Assembly: GCF_009914755.1 (NCBI RefSeq)
Contig: NC_060926.1
Length of the DNA stretch: 64,000 bases
Reading direction: 5' to 3' (one strand)
Source of the DNA: the human T2T-CHM13v2.0 reference genome, Homo sapiens
The notes below the pieces were generated by a model. The model made no database searches and was not told where the DNA came from. It saw only the letters and a list, made by a program, of their open reading frames with translations. The translations under genes and the position numbers were made by a program. The stretch's first letter is position 1, and every line of letters begins with the position of its first letter. This document shows positions 13,563-27,894 of the stretch, piece after piece.

Positions 13563-13842
13563 TGAATTTAGTCACTATTTTCACGCATACACCGATGCCT
13601 ACTGTTGTCTGGTCTTCCCCTCGCAGCCGTGTACTCCGCCTCTCTTCTTTCTCACCACATCCCACAATTCCCATCCCACTAGCAGCTTTCTTCACAACAA
13701 TGAGGTTACATACTTGATTAAGGAACCATCTCTTATGGATCTTTCTCAGGTGCTTAGTGTGACACCATGTGTGGCTGTGCCCTCTTAGAGGTGAGAGCTG
13801 AGCTCCTGATTTGGCTTCTTTATGCCCTTCCTTCATGAAGGA

Positions 13843-14024
13843 CAGTGGTTCTCAGAGTGTCCCCTGAACCAGCACCATCAGCATCACATGGGTACTTGTT
13901 AGAAATGTAAATCTTTGGGCTCCACCCCAGACCTAGTGAATCAGAAATGTGTGGCTGCAGCTCGGTAACCTGCGTTTTGTCAAGTCTTCCAAGTAATTCT
14001 GATGCTGAAGTTTGAGAACCAGTG
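13843..14024. mobile_element. MER5A (hAT-Charlie MITE)
   Basis: Terminal inverted repeats CAGTGGTTCTCA...TGAGAACCAGTG and internal GCATCAC.TGGG.ACTTGTTAGAAATG; about 180 bp. Confidence 0.88.
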
Positions 14025-14843
14025 AGAAGACATAGATTGCCTCCTGGCTTTGTTTTTAACTTTTCAAAATCCCTGTAATTTCTCTGGGCATATTTCTTCA
14101 GGAGATCCAAAAAGATTCATATTATACAAAGTTCTCTCTCTAAATTAATGCAGGGGCTTAACATTTATTTATTAAATTATGGGCATGGTAGGCATAGATT
14201 ATATGTCCCTGTAGAATCTTGCAAGGTAGAAGCCATCTTCCCCCCCTGCCCACCCCAGAAAATATGCAAATTCAAGTTTCTAGAAGACTGGGCTGTAATT
14301 CCCATTTATTTTTAAGTGTATACCTACCTCCTTCATCCCCCCAAACTTCCCACATGGTATATGTATAAATTCAACCCTAGAACCTGTTGTAGGTGAGCCA
14401 CAGCTCTTCAGGACAAATACTCAAAATCAGTAATTGTATGTAAAGCTAAAAATTAAACTTCTTTAGAATGGGAAATATTACGTAGATATTATATAGTCTT
14501 CTTTCTTGGAAATTCTATGTAATTCTGTTTTAGAGAAAGATAGGAATGGTTCCTCACTTTAAAATTTTTATGTACTAAATCTGCTTTAATTTATAAAATA
14601 GCAATATAATGTTATATTTGCTTTTTTATTAAAACCACTTCTGTCATTTATGGGAAAATATTTCAGTTGCCACATTTCATTCTTAACTTGATTATAATTT
14701 GGTTAACATATTGACAGTTCAGCCTTTTGAATGCTTGACTTCTAGTCCCCAGACCTTTCACTGTAGCTGAAAGAGCATCAGAACTTGGGTTCTTTCTCAA
14801 AAGAGGACCTGGAAGAATAGCTGAGCCCATGTCATCTTAGGAC

Positions 14844-15098
14844 TATATATATATACATGTATATGTACATAAATATACATGTATATATGTACATATGTAT
14901 GTATATATGTATATGTACATATGTATGTATATATGTACATGTACATATGTATGTATATATGTATATGTACATATGTATGTATATATATGTGTGTGTGTAT
15001 ATGTGTGTGTATATGTATATATGTGTGTATATACATATATATACACACATATATACACACATACATATATATACATACATATGTACATATACATATAT
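14844..15098. repeat. Compound (TA/TG/CA) purine-pyrimidine low-complexity repeat with an internal long inverted repeat
   Basis: Almost entirely alternating R/Y; about 26-nt unit GTATATATGTATATGTACATATGTAT repeated; 14955-15022 pairs with 15031-15098. Confidence 0.95.
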
Positions 15099-16184
15099 CC
15101 TCAATCATTTTTTCACATTTTAAAAAGCCTAATCACATATCTAGCCTTTTTCTCTGGGGAAGACCAATTCATTATAGTTCCTTAAGAACTTTGAGTCTGA
15201 ACTAAGAATAAGGAGGTGCTATTTGTCTCTCAAATGGAGTTTGCTATAGTACACATTAGAACTGACAAGGATTTTAGTTAGGAAAAAAAATGGTGGTGTG
15301 GATGAAGCAGCAACAGTTATCAAATGTGGTGGAGAGGACACTAAAGCTTCCTTGCTTGCAATGTTAGAGCAACAAGGGCATTCCATTTTGAAAGGAAGTA
15401 AGCAAGTTTAGGAAGACAAACTCTATTGTTGTCAAGATTATAAATTAGCAAGGCATTCAGTCAAAACCGACTTATAGTTAATGCATTGTACGTCAATTAA
15501 CATGAATAAGTAAACTTCTTAACAAACAACTGTATGTGTGATTTGATGAAGAGATGGTAACTGAACCTGTCAGATGAGGAACATTGCTGGGTGTAAGTGA
15601 GAAAAGCATATATCTCCTATGGAAATCATCGATGTTACTGTTTAGTCCATTAAAGCAACTCTTCAAGAAAAAATATATGGGTCTGATTATCACAAATGTT
15701 ACTTATTAACATATCCAGTCTTATAATGACACCAGGTCTCCTAAAATCCCTTTATAATTATTCTAAAAATAGAATTCAATCTAAAATAAGTGGGAGGCAA
15801 GCAGATTCATCATTCACTAAAGGGCATCAGCAAGATGAAAAATGGTCCATAGAGAAGCAATAAATACTTTGAGCAAATACATATGTCACTAAGTACCTAT
15901 AAGCTATTTATTTCTCATTTTAGCCATAACCTTTAATTGTACTCCCATCTGTCCTAGACCAATTACTCACGTCTTGACTGCTGAAGTCATTTGTTATAGC
16001 CCAACATTTTGTTCTTTCTTTTCTTTCTTCTTCCCCACCCGCCCGCCCATTAATGATTGTAGAGGAGAAACAAACTCAATAATTCTATGAGTATTGAGAG
16101 CAGAGTTTTCCTTAGGTATATTTAATTTTGACCACATGGGGAAGAATTACAAAAAATTTAAAATAACAGTAACTTAAGCCAACT

Positions 16185-16570
16185 CAAGTTTAACATAGTG
16201 CTCCATTATCATCAGGGACCCAGATGCTCTCTGTATTTTTGCCCTGCTGTCCTCAACATGCAACTTCCATTTTGTTTCCAAGATGGCTGCTTCTGCCCCC
16301 ACTGTCTTATCACATATGCATCCCAGATAGCAGGAGGGAGAAATGCAGAGATGGGCATGACCTCTCCCTTTACACACATTTCTGACTAGTCACATATACT
16401 TCTTGTTCTCACATCCCACCAGACCTTAGTTATTTCATCGTACTTTGCTATATAGATGATATGTAGTCATTATTAAAAATAAACATGTGCCCAACTAACA
16501 TTTGAGGATTCTTTTACTTAAGAAGAAGGAGAGAATTGATAATGAAGGACAGTTTTTGGCTTCTGCTGCA
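16185..16570 (-). mobile_element. Old MaLR LTR remnant (MLT1J/K/L-like)
   Basis: CAGGGACCCAG...CCAAGATGGCTGC...CATCCCAG motifs typical of MLT1. Confidence 0.55.
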
Positions 16571-16799
16571 TGAGAATTAGCCCTATTTATTTTGTTAATC
16601 AGAGGAGGAAGTACAGATTATTAGGGTTGCAGTGAATGTTCACTGTTCAGTTACATGATTATAGGACAAATATAGACAGGAAATTAAAATCTCTTGCAGA
16701 TTATTTAATTTGAGATTTTAAAGTTGTCTGCTATTCATGAGGATGTGTATTTTTCTCAGCTTGAATTAAATCATAAATTCTAGTAATTTGTATTTATAA

Positions 16800-17000
16800 G
16801 AGAACAAATATTTATGAAGTTCCTGGCAGCATACAAGGTTCTTGATATATATTTTCATTTTTTTCTTTATAAGCATCCAGTAATAGAGGTATTCACCTTT
16901 TTTATGGTTGAAGAGTCTGAGAATTAGAATTGATTAATTTGCTCCAGGTCACATAGATAATAACAAATAGGGTTGAATTTTGACCCATGTCTGTTGGGTT
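16800..17000. mobile_element. MIR fragment
   Basis: TAATTTGCTCCAGGTCACATAGATAATAA...AATTTTGACCCATGTCTG resembles the MIR core. Confidence 0.5.
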
Positions 17001-18097
17001 GCAAAATGTGTCTTTTCTCCCATATTGTTCTGTTTCCTAGTTGCTTCTCAGTATTTATTAGCACAGTATTCAATTTGTTTCATTCATCTTTAGATCCTCC
17101 ATGTTACAAACAGTATATTTAGCTGCTGATTGAATGAATGAAATACAAATACAAAGTCCACTATTTTCGCCAATGCTGTGAAATGTTTTTATCATTTGTA
17201 GACTATTTAAAGCCATCTCATGCCTTTGCTATGTTTAATTTCTGATTAGTGGCCAACATTTTTATTGAGCAAATTCAGTGACATGATAGATGGGATATTC
17301 CAAATAGTATTTTTTCTTCATAAGAAAAAAGAAAGAGAAAAAGAAATGAAAGAGGAAAGAAAAGATAATGTCCTTCTCTTTATTTCTAAGTTCTTATTGC
17401 ACCTGACTGTCCTCATGTTGTGGGCTTGTTTTGTCTGTATTCCATGTCGTCAAATATCTACTCTTTATCATGCAGAAATTTTTCCTCATTATTTAATAGC
17501 ATAGCCTTCTAAAGCCATTTAATTTGAGAAAGCATGTGTAATGCCATTTAGTGGTTATTACATTTGATTGCTAGAGTAGAGAAAATACAAACACTTTTTT
17601 TATGAGCCTGAATCAGACTTTCATAAAACAAGTTATAAAATAATTAAATGTGTGTTTGCCAAATTTATGCATGTCAACCTTGAGAATAATGAGTCAGAAG
17701 TTGAGGAAAATTTACCTTCAATACCCTTGAGTTATTTAATCTTTGGCTAATATGACTTATTTGTCTGTGTACTTTACAATAGTTTTAGAAATCTGTTATG
17801 TTAATTGAATTTTGAAATTCAAATAATGATGTTTGTAATATATAGATTGCTGATATAAGCTACTTTTACAGGCAATTCCTCTTTCTATTTTTAATGTGAA
17901 ATTTAAGTGAGCTTAATTATTCAGGTACAAATGGTATTGGGCATTGACCAAATTAGGGTGCTCTTATGCAACCAATCTTAGACTCCTAAGGGAAGGATCT
18001 TATTGAGAAAAGGTGTCTTTAAATAATGTTTTCTAAAATACTATAATATAAATGTTGATTTGTTTCCTCACTTTGACTAACTAGAAAATAGGACTTC

Positions 18098-18429
<332 letters not shown>

Positions 18430-18524
18430 GAAAAGAGGACTTCAGCTCTTATATGTTCTAGGATCTATTTATTTCACATAAACTCTTCTTCATCATCCTC
18501 ATTTTCTTTATCACATGCCTAATG

Positions 18525-18740
18525 CTAAGTGTTAAGCCCTTACCATGTGTTATTTCATTGAATCCTTTAGCAGTTCCAAAAACTAGGTAATATTGTTATC
18601 CCTATTTTAAAGATGATGTAACTGAGATTGAGTCAAGTTAAACAATTTCCCCAGGGTCTCATAGCTTACAGCTGGCTGGGACTGGATTCAAGTTGAGACA
18701 GTCTGAAATCCAGTGCCTGCCCTCTAAAGTATACTATGAT
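18525..18740. mobile_element. MIR
   Basis: TTATCCCTATTTTAAAGATGATGTAACTGAG...CCCAGGGTCTCATAGCT core. Confidence 0.7.
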
Positions 18741-19199
18741 GCCTATGTGCCTAATCTCACAGATTCCTAAATGTGGAACTGGCCGTGTTTCGATGACCCT
18801 GCCTTTAGTGTTGTCCCACTAAGTCTCTCTCTCCTTTTAAAGCTGGCCTCTTAGAACTCAAGACCACAAAATAACCTCCTGTTCCTCTGCACAGAAATCA
18901 ATGTGGACTAGTTGTACAGGCTATTTGCATTTCCCATTTTGATTTAATTGGTTGATTATTTTAATTAGCCAACAAATTTGATGAATTTTTCACCAGTGAA
19001 CTCAGTGGTGATTTTCATGTATCTTAAAAACTAGGCTTAGCCTGCTCTCTGGTGAACTCATGAAATAGCTGGGATTTGCCCACTCCTCCCTGCTCCCCTG
19101 ACAGAAGCATTCTCCCTTTCAGACCTTTTCTTTTTTCTTCAAGTGGTCCGCACTGCATTTCCCCTTTGTACCACTTCAAAACCAAGCCTTGAAAAATAA

Positions 19200-19570
<371 letters not shown>

Positions 19571-20309
19571 ATGTTTTTAAATATTGTTTTTTCTGGTTTC
19601 CTAATTGCTCTGTTTTCAGTACAAACATTTTAGAAAGTACAGAACAGTGTAAAGAAACAGAAAGAAATACAGATCCCGTGATTCTACATCCAGATGCAGC
19701 TACAGTATGCATTTTGGCAAATTTCCTTTCAGCCTTTTGTTGTATGAAAAATTTCTAAGACATGAGGAATTATTTTTTAATAGGATACAGCTCTTTGAAA
19801 CAAAAGCCATGTTTATGCTCAAGGCATACTTATGCTTCTGGTTCAGATATACAGAATTGTCTCGTTCTAGGGATTCAGTGAGGATCTAAATCTGTTTGTG
19901 TTAGGGACATCGATGTGATGCCACCCTCAAAGAGGACAGGAGAGGTGCTTGAAGATCAAAACCATTCCTGGGAGAACTAGGTTGAGACAGGGGTAAGGGG
20001 AGCCGGTCTAGGTAAGAGAGTTGACAAAGCAAAAGATAGGTCTTTCCATGAATTTTATTAACACAAGGAGAGTGAGAGCAGGGACCACACCCAGTTGGAG
20101 GGAATGGGAGTTGAGTGCTGGCTGAAGGAACTAGGGCATCCCAAGAGACCTGGCTTCAAAGGGCCGTCCAGCAGCCTGGCTACCCCAAAGGGCTATGCAA
20201 AATACCAAGACCTGCCAAAGTGCTCAGAACCTCCACCTTCAAGCATAGACCAACTTGATTATTCCTGAGCCCTGCAAGTAATTGATGTGAGACCTTTTGT
20301 TAGTTTGCC

Positions 20310-20545
20310 ATTAATAACAGCCAACATTTCTTGAGTATGTGTCCAGCACTGGCTAATCTATCTCCTGGTGTTATCTTGTTTAGCCCTTACAACAAGTTGG
20401 TTACTGTTGGGATATCCATTTTACAGATAAAGAGTCAGAGTTAAGAGAAGTTGATGGTTTTGCCCAAGGCCACTTGGATAAATAGAGAAATAGGAATTCC
20501 AGCTCAGTGATTGTCTCATTCTAGTTCTTACTCTTCGCTGCCATG
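20310..20545. mobile_element. MIR
   Basis: CCATTTTACAGATAAAGAGTCAGAG...TTGCCCAAGGCCAC core. Confidence 0.7.
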
Positions 20546-21027
20546 TGGTCTGTGATTTAGTCATTTGCCAGGGGGTTATGGTAGTAGTCTAACCTACTGG
20601 AGGAAACTGTTGTGTACGGGGGTGGGTGGGAGGCAGTAATTTCTGGAGGTTTTCAAATTATTGTACCAAGGTAGCATTGCTTACCCCTTCTAAATTGCTC
20701 TGTGTAAACCTGGTCTATAAATATGTCAAATATTCAAACTAACTTCTGACTTAGAAGTATTCCAAGCTCTTGAGTCTGTCAACATTTTTTCTTTTAATTA
20801 AGCTGGACTTCAGTTTTATTCACATAGAACATAGAATTATATAATCAGAATATCTCAATTGTCACAATTTCTACAAGAGTTACAATTCAAAATTTAACTG
20901 AATCACTGCTCTGAAATAGCAGGAGTTTTAAAGTTAGTCTGCAAGGACATGAAGAAATACTCATGAAACATGAAATTTCAAGGTCATGTACCCTGCCTGC
21001 CATCATCCCAAAAATGGAATACGTGCA

Positions 21028-21392
21028 TTTTTTAACAGCTTTATTGGGATATAATTCATATACCATATAATTCACTCATTTGAATTATAAAATCCAGTGG
21101 TTTTTAGTATATTAACAGATATGTGCAACCATTGCCACAGTCAATTTTAGAATATTTTCATTACTTCAGAAAGAAATCCCATAGTGTCCTCTGGCTACTA
21201 CCTCCCCACCCTTTCATGTCCTCCCTTCTCCTCTCTCCCACCCCAGTCTGAAGCAACTAGTAATCTACTTTCTGTCTCTATAGATTTGTCTATTCTGGAT
21301 ATTTATATAAATGGAATGATATAATATGTGAACATTGGTGACTGGATTCTTTCAGCTAACGTGTTTTCAAGATTCATCCAAGTTGTGTCATG
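21028..21392 (-). mobile_element. L1MB 3' end fragment
   Basis: TTTTAACAGCTTTATTGGGATATAATTCATATACCAT...ACTTTCTGTCTCTATAGATTTG...TTCATCCA, typical antisense L1MB 3' UTR. Confidence 0.85.
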
Positions 21393-23157
21393 TGCTCAAT
21401 TTGTTCTTTGTATTTTATTTTTTCTAAGGGTTCACACCCTTGATGCCGATAACAGGTGCTTCCCTACTTATCCTGGACAACTTCACCGCATAACCATAAC
21501 ATTTCCAAGGATCACTTAGAATTATAAATTTTGCACATTGTGGTAGACAGGTCTTTGATCCCTGCAAAGCTTTAAGAACACTTTTCACTACTTCAGAGAT
21601 GTCCATGTTCTCCTTAGCATCTTTTCGTCTCTCATAAATATATTTTCAGCCATGAATGCATGGTTCAGTGAAGCCTTCCCTTGCAGTCTGGCAAAGTGTC
21701 TTTTTTTTTTTTTTCTGCAGAAGAAAGCTGATCAATGGCTGTGAAATAAAAGTAAGCTTTAAAACAAACAATTAGAAAACAGTAGGGTCAATCCATTTTG
21801 AGGAGGTTTGTAGTTTTAGACTCCATTAATAAATTACAAAGCCAGAATTAAACTTGTAATAAATAATACTATGTTGTAGGTATTTTTCGAGGTTTATTTT
21901 TCAGTTACACCAAATTAAATATAATCATTTGATTAAAATAATACAAAAGCCAATATAATATAAAATTTTATTTATCATTTGCTGTTCCTCATTGTCTTCT
22001 CCTATAAGCTGACCTCTTATATAATATAGTAACTGAATTGGTATTAAATAGGTCTTTGCTCCATTCATTGTAGCTTACTGAATAATTATACAAATATTTC
22101 ATAATACAGTTGTAAACCTAGAATGAATTTTATACTAAGAAACAGAAAGTTAGGTTCTTCAAAACTTTCTTAGAATGAGACAGATTATGGATACAAATAA
22201 AATAAAATAAATTGGTATTTTAACTATTATGCTTTTTATTTCAGCACTATCTCAGAGTGAGACAGCATTTGTTTAAATGTTTGTTAAATGTTTATTCTCC
22301 TAAACATTTAATAACCTGATCTGTGCCATAAGCTGGACTAGGTGTTTTCAAGTATATTTCAGTTATTTATGACATATGCAAATATAAAATAATAAGCAAA
22401 ATGATGTAACACTGTCATATTATTATTATTGTTCCAGCTATCAGTATAGTGCCTACCAAAGACTGTACAGATTTATCTCTATGCTTCATTTTGGGCTTGA
22501 GCCCAGGTAGAGAGAAAGGTAAATTTTGCTCAGAAATGTATACTGTTACCCAGCTTCTTTATACTACAAATAGCTTGAAAGAAAAAAAGTTTTCTTGACT
22601 CTTGTTCAGTCACAGCAGTCTTCCAAACAAAATGTTGTTTGTTGACCTTGGAACTGCCCTCCACACACCACGCAACTCTTTGTCAGTCAAGTGAGAGCTG
22701 TTTATTGGGTGCTGTGGAATCCAGCAGCTTCTCACATGGTTCCAGAGTCCGGTGAACAGAAGCCTTGTCTGTGTCTTGGGTGATGGTGAGACAAGACATG
22801 GTGGATCCCCAACTATGATTTTAACTAATAGAATATGAAGCTATTTCAGAGCCTCACTTTGTGTCTTAAATTGAGTTACTTGTTAATCTAAAGAAATTTT
22901 AAAATATGATAGTATTTTTTTTCATAAACCTGTGAAATGTCTAAGCACTAAGTGGTCAGACAGAACATAAATTTAGGTTTATCCAGGACAGAAGTTTTCA
23001 TCTTCACCCTTTGTTTCAATTTCCATCCTATTGGGTTGCATCGAACCAGTGTTTCCTCACTGAATATGTTCATTATGTGTGTACATACTGTAAGGATAGC
23101 TCACAGTGGCGGGACATGTGTTTTATAGGATTTTTTTCTAAGTGGCCCAAGAGTATA

Positions 23158-23441
23158 CAGGCATACCTAATTTTGTTGTGCTTTGCTTTATTGTTTTTGC
23201 TTTATTGTGCTTCACAGATAATGCATGTTTTAGACATTGAAGGTCTGTGGCACACTTATATTAAGCAAGTCTGTCAGCACCATTTTTTCAACAGCATAAG
23301 CTCACTTTGTGTCTCTGTGTCACATTTTGGTAATTCTCACGATATTTCAAACTTTTAAATTATTTTTTGTATCTGTTATGGTGATCTGTGATCAGTGATC
23401 TTTGATGTTACTATAGTAATTATTTTGAGACCCCCAAAACT
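23158..23441 (+). mobile_element. Tigger1 left-end fragment
   Basis: TA followed by the TIR CAGGCATACCT and about 280 bp matching the Tigger1 5' end (GTCACATTTTGGTAATTCTC, GATCAGTGATCTTTGATGTTAC). Confidence 0.88.
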
Positions 23442-24094
23442 ACAAGAATCACTGAAAGAAACACACAATAAATTTTCCATATAAGTTGAATTAATTTATA
23501 CCTGGATAGGTTTATGTGCAAATCAATAAGGCAACTAGCATAATTAAGAAAAAAATTAAAAATTCAGTTTCTGTACTGAGACTACATTTAGGTAAAATGG
23601 TTAAATGCACCAGAAACTTTCATCCAATCCTAATGAAAGATAAATTGTATGATTTTCTGGATAATGCAATTAATTAGAAGCTAATTACAGGTATATGTGT
23701 ATATTGTACACTCTTTCTGTACATACACAAGTTTTGTTTACATGATTGTATTACAGCCTTCATCATCATTTAGCACAGTATTGAGAAACTAGTAGCCATT
23801 CTTTTAATATTTGGTTTGTAATCAAGTCAAGTCATTTTAAAGGTCTGACATAGTCATGGGGTGATTCTAATAAATCCTGGACTTAGAGTGAAGACTCTCT
23901 CACTGATATTCTTGTAATTATTTCCTTAATCCTCCTCAGATTCAGCCTTTAATTCATTTTATCAAGAAGCAGCATTGCTATGTTAATTTCCTTTATAGTC
24001 TGTTGCTCATAAGAAGCATTAATAAGCACAGAAATAATAATAATATCAACAATATTTGATGTTTGGCACCTGTACCAAATACAATGCATGTGAC

Positions 24095-24200
24095 TATTGC
24101 TGATCTTCAGATAGGTAATAGTATCTAGCTCACCAAGATTAAGTAACTTGCCCAGAGTCACAGTCAGGCAGATTGAACCCAGTCTATCTCACTTGAGCAT
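24095..24200. mobile_element. MIR fragment
   Basis: TTAAGTAACTTGCCCAGAGTCACA...TTGAACCCAGTCT. Confidence 0.6.
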
Positions 24201-25935
24201 CACTGTAGAATATTTTGATCATACATGCACACCATCTTTGGCTGTGTCTTCACGCAGAAATCTGTTGGTTATTTTTTGCTGAGGAGACTTTGAATTTTTG
24301 GATTTGTGCCTATGAATATTATCTCTGTTAAATACTTTACAAATGGTTAATACAATTTATGATATAATGAAATAAATGAACTGGAACTTGAAAATAATAT
24401 TTAGAGAAGAGAGAGAAATGGGAGAGTAGGTTAATATTTTAGATTCATGAACTTTGTGGTGACTGACTTTTAAGGTTAAAAGAGTTAGTGAATTTTTGCT
24501 ATTTTATATCATTGGTTCATATTCCATATTTATATCATTTGTTCAAGTTCCTCAAATGTTTTTTAGCAAAATAATAATGATGAAGTGAGGTTAATGTCTG
24601 CTATTTTTTTTTCATCAAGTTGAAACAAGACAAAACTCAAGAAATCAGCAGGTCAGAGCAAACGGACAGAAGAGTCCTTTTTTTTTTTTTTTTTTCCTCT
24701 GTGTATGACTCTGGGTATAAATAGAACAGTAATAAATTGGTTTTGGAAAAATGTGGTACACATTGGAAAAGATGAAGGCTAGCGCCTGGTACACTTTGGA
24801 TTAAAATACGTATCAAACTTCCATATTATCCCCTTCTGCCTCTGCAGTTAATAAAAACACATCGTGAAATCGAGATGCTGAAAAAAACAAGCATTTCTTT
24901 CCTAACATTGATGACACTGATTTAATAAAATCTGTCGCTGAATACCCTAAAGTTTGTTCAATGAGAAGGATGTGAATTAATTAATTTAAATATATATAGA
25001 TTAGAGTAGCTAACAAATAATATCATTGTTGCTTTTAAGTTAGGGAAAAATAACCAGTGGTTTCCATCTTGTCTTTTAGAATCTAGTACAGATTACTAGT
25101 TTTATTAACTTTTAATTAAACACTAATACAGTAACTGGTTTTTCAAAAAATATTAGAATGATACACATCTTTTCTGTGTGATCTTGATATTTAAGGCAGA
25201 ACACAATATCATTTCCTTAATTTATGATATGCTGGACTAACATTTTAATTTTTTCTTTAAACCTTGTGTTTATTTGACCTGCTGATCCTGCAATTGTCCA
25301 GAATCATTATCACTTTGGAGATTATTTTTAAAGTTACCTTAAAATATGCAGATTGTTTCTGCTCTTATAAAATGCCAAGTATAAAGACCAAAGTAAATAA
25401 CTTATTAAATATTAATGGAATTGCATTTCTGTAATTGTTGTGAATGCATTCTGTATGTAGTGAATTGTTGGGTCTAATTAATTATATATTTACCTCTGCT
25501 CCTTCACAATTTGGCCACTCTTTTGACCTAATTTATGACATGAGTCAGAACAGCTGAAGTAGTCATTTAACGCAACTAGTATTTTCTGAAGAAAACAATG
25601 AATAATCTCTATGCTGAGTATCTATCTAAAGTCTAGGAAAACAAAGTCAATTTGGCCAATTTCACTGAGATGCTCATTTGAGTATGTTCCTAAATGACTA
25701 TTCTCTAAAGAATAACTGAAAACTAGTGCTTAATTTTTAGGAGCAAAGACTTCATGGGTTGTCTTTTATTATAATTATCACTTGAATTAATGTTATAATC
25801 TAATTATATTTACACTTACTAGTAAATATGAATTTTTAAAATTAACAATCTGCTTTTTTTTTATGTCTGTGATGATGGAATAGTGCAAATTTGTTGTTGA
25901 CAAACTCATGTAAGACTCATTTGTTTTTTGGCTCA

Positions 25936-26275
<340 letters not shown>

Positions 26276-26493
26276 TTACAATAGTGGATTTGGCCCAGAA
26301 TCTGTTATTGTGAGCTTGAATTTAGATAAAATAGAAATATATAGTGACCACTTTCTTTCCATAATTATAGGTCTGAGGAATAGTTAGATGACATTTTAAG
26401 AAAAGTAAAAAAGGTAAATTTAATGTTTTAGCATTTGTATAATGCATTTCTGGATATTGTCTCCATTAAAAAATTAATGAAAATCACAGCACT

Positions 26494-26821
<328 letters not shown>

Positions 26822-27149
26822 GAAAATCACAGCACTTTATTTTGATGTTCATGTCATTGACTAAATATATATAGGGTTGTTAAGTAATAGTCCTAAATAC
26901 TCCAAAGTATCTAATGCACTTAAGAAATGCATTGAGGATTTTCAAAATATATTTGCTCTTGAGATCCTCAATCTACTGTATGCATTATACAGACGTACCC
27001 TGGAGTTACTGCAGGTTTAGTTCTAGCTGCCACGATAAAGCAAGTCACATGAATTTTGTGTTTTCCAGTGCATACAATAGTTACGTTTACACTATACTGT
27101 GGTCTATTAAGTGTGCAATAGTATGTCTAAAAAGTACATACCTTAATGA

Positions 27150-27488
<339 letters not shown>

Positions 27489-27894
27489 TAAGCTTTCTGC
27501 AAGTCATAGTCTTGTTGATGAAGGGTCTTGCTTCAATGTTGATGACTGCTGACCGATCAGGGTGGTGGTTTCTGAAGGTTAGGTTGACTGTGGCAGTTTC
27601 TTAAAATAAGATAACAATGAAGTTTACCACATTGGTTGTGTCTTCCCTTCATGAAAGATATCTCTGTAACATGCAATGTTGTTTGATAGCATTTCAACCA
27701 CAGAACGTCAAATTTGGAGTCAATCCACTCAAACCTTGCCTCTGGCTCATCAACTTAGTTTATGTAATATTCTAAATCCTTTGTTGTTATCTTGACAATG
27801 TTCATAGCATCTTTACCAGGAGTAGATTTTATCTCAAGAGACCACTCTTTTGCTCATTCATAAGGCGCAACTCTTTTGTTAAGGTTTTCTTATG

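Noticed and set aside
14797-15205. Six overlapping ORFs of 83-108 aa rich in Y/I/C/M/H
   Set aside because: Artefact of the stop-free alternating TA/TG/CA tract.
19895-20250. GC-richer block that may be an old LTR
   Set aside because: I could not assign a family or find termini or a TSD; needs a Dfam search.
20617-20636. G-quadruplex candidate GGGGGTGGGTGGGAGG
   Set aside because: The fourth tract has only two Gs, so it is not a canonical G4.
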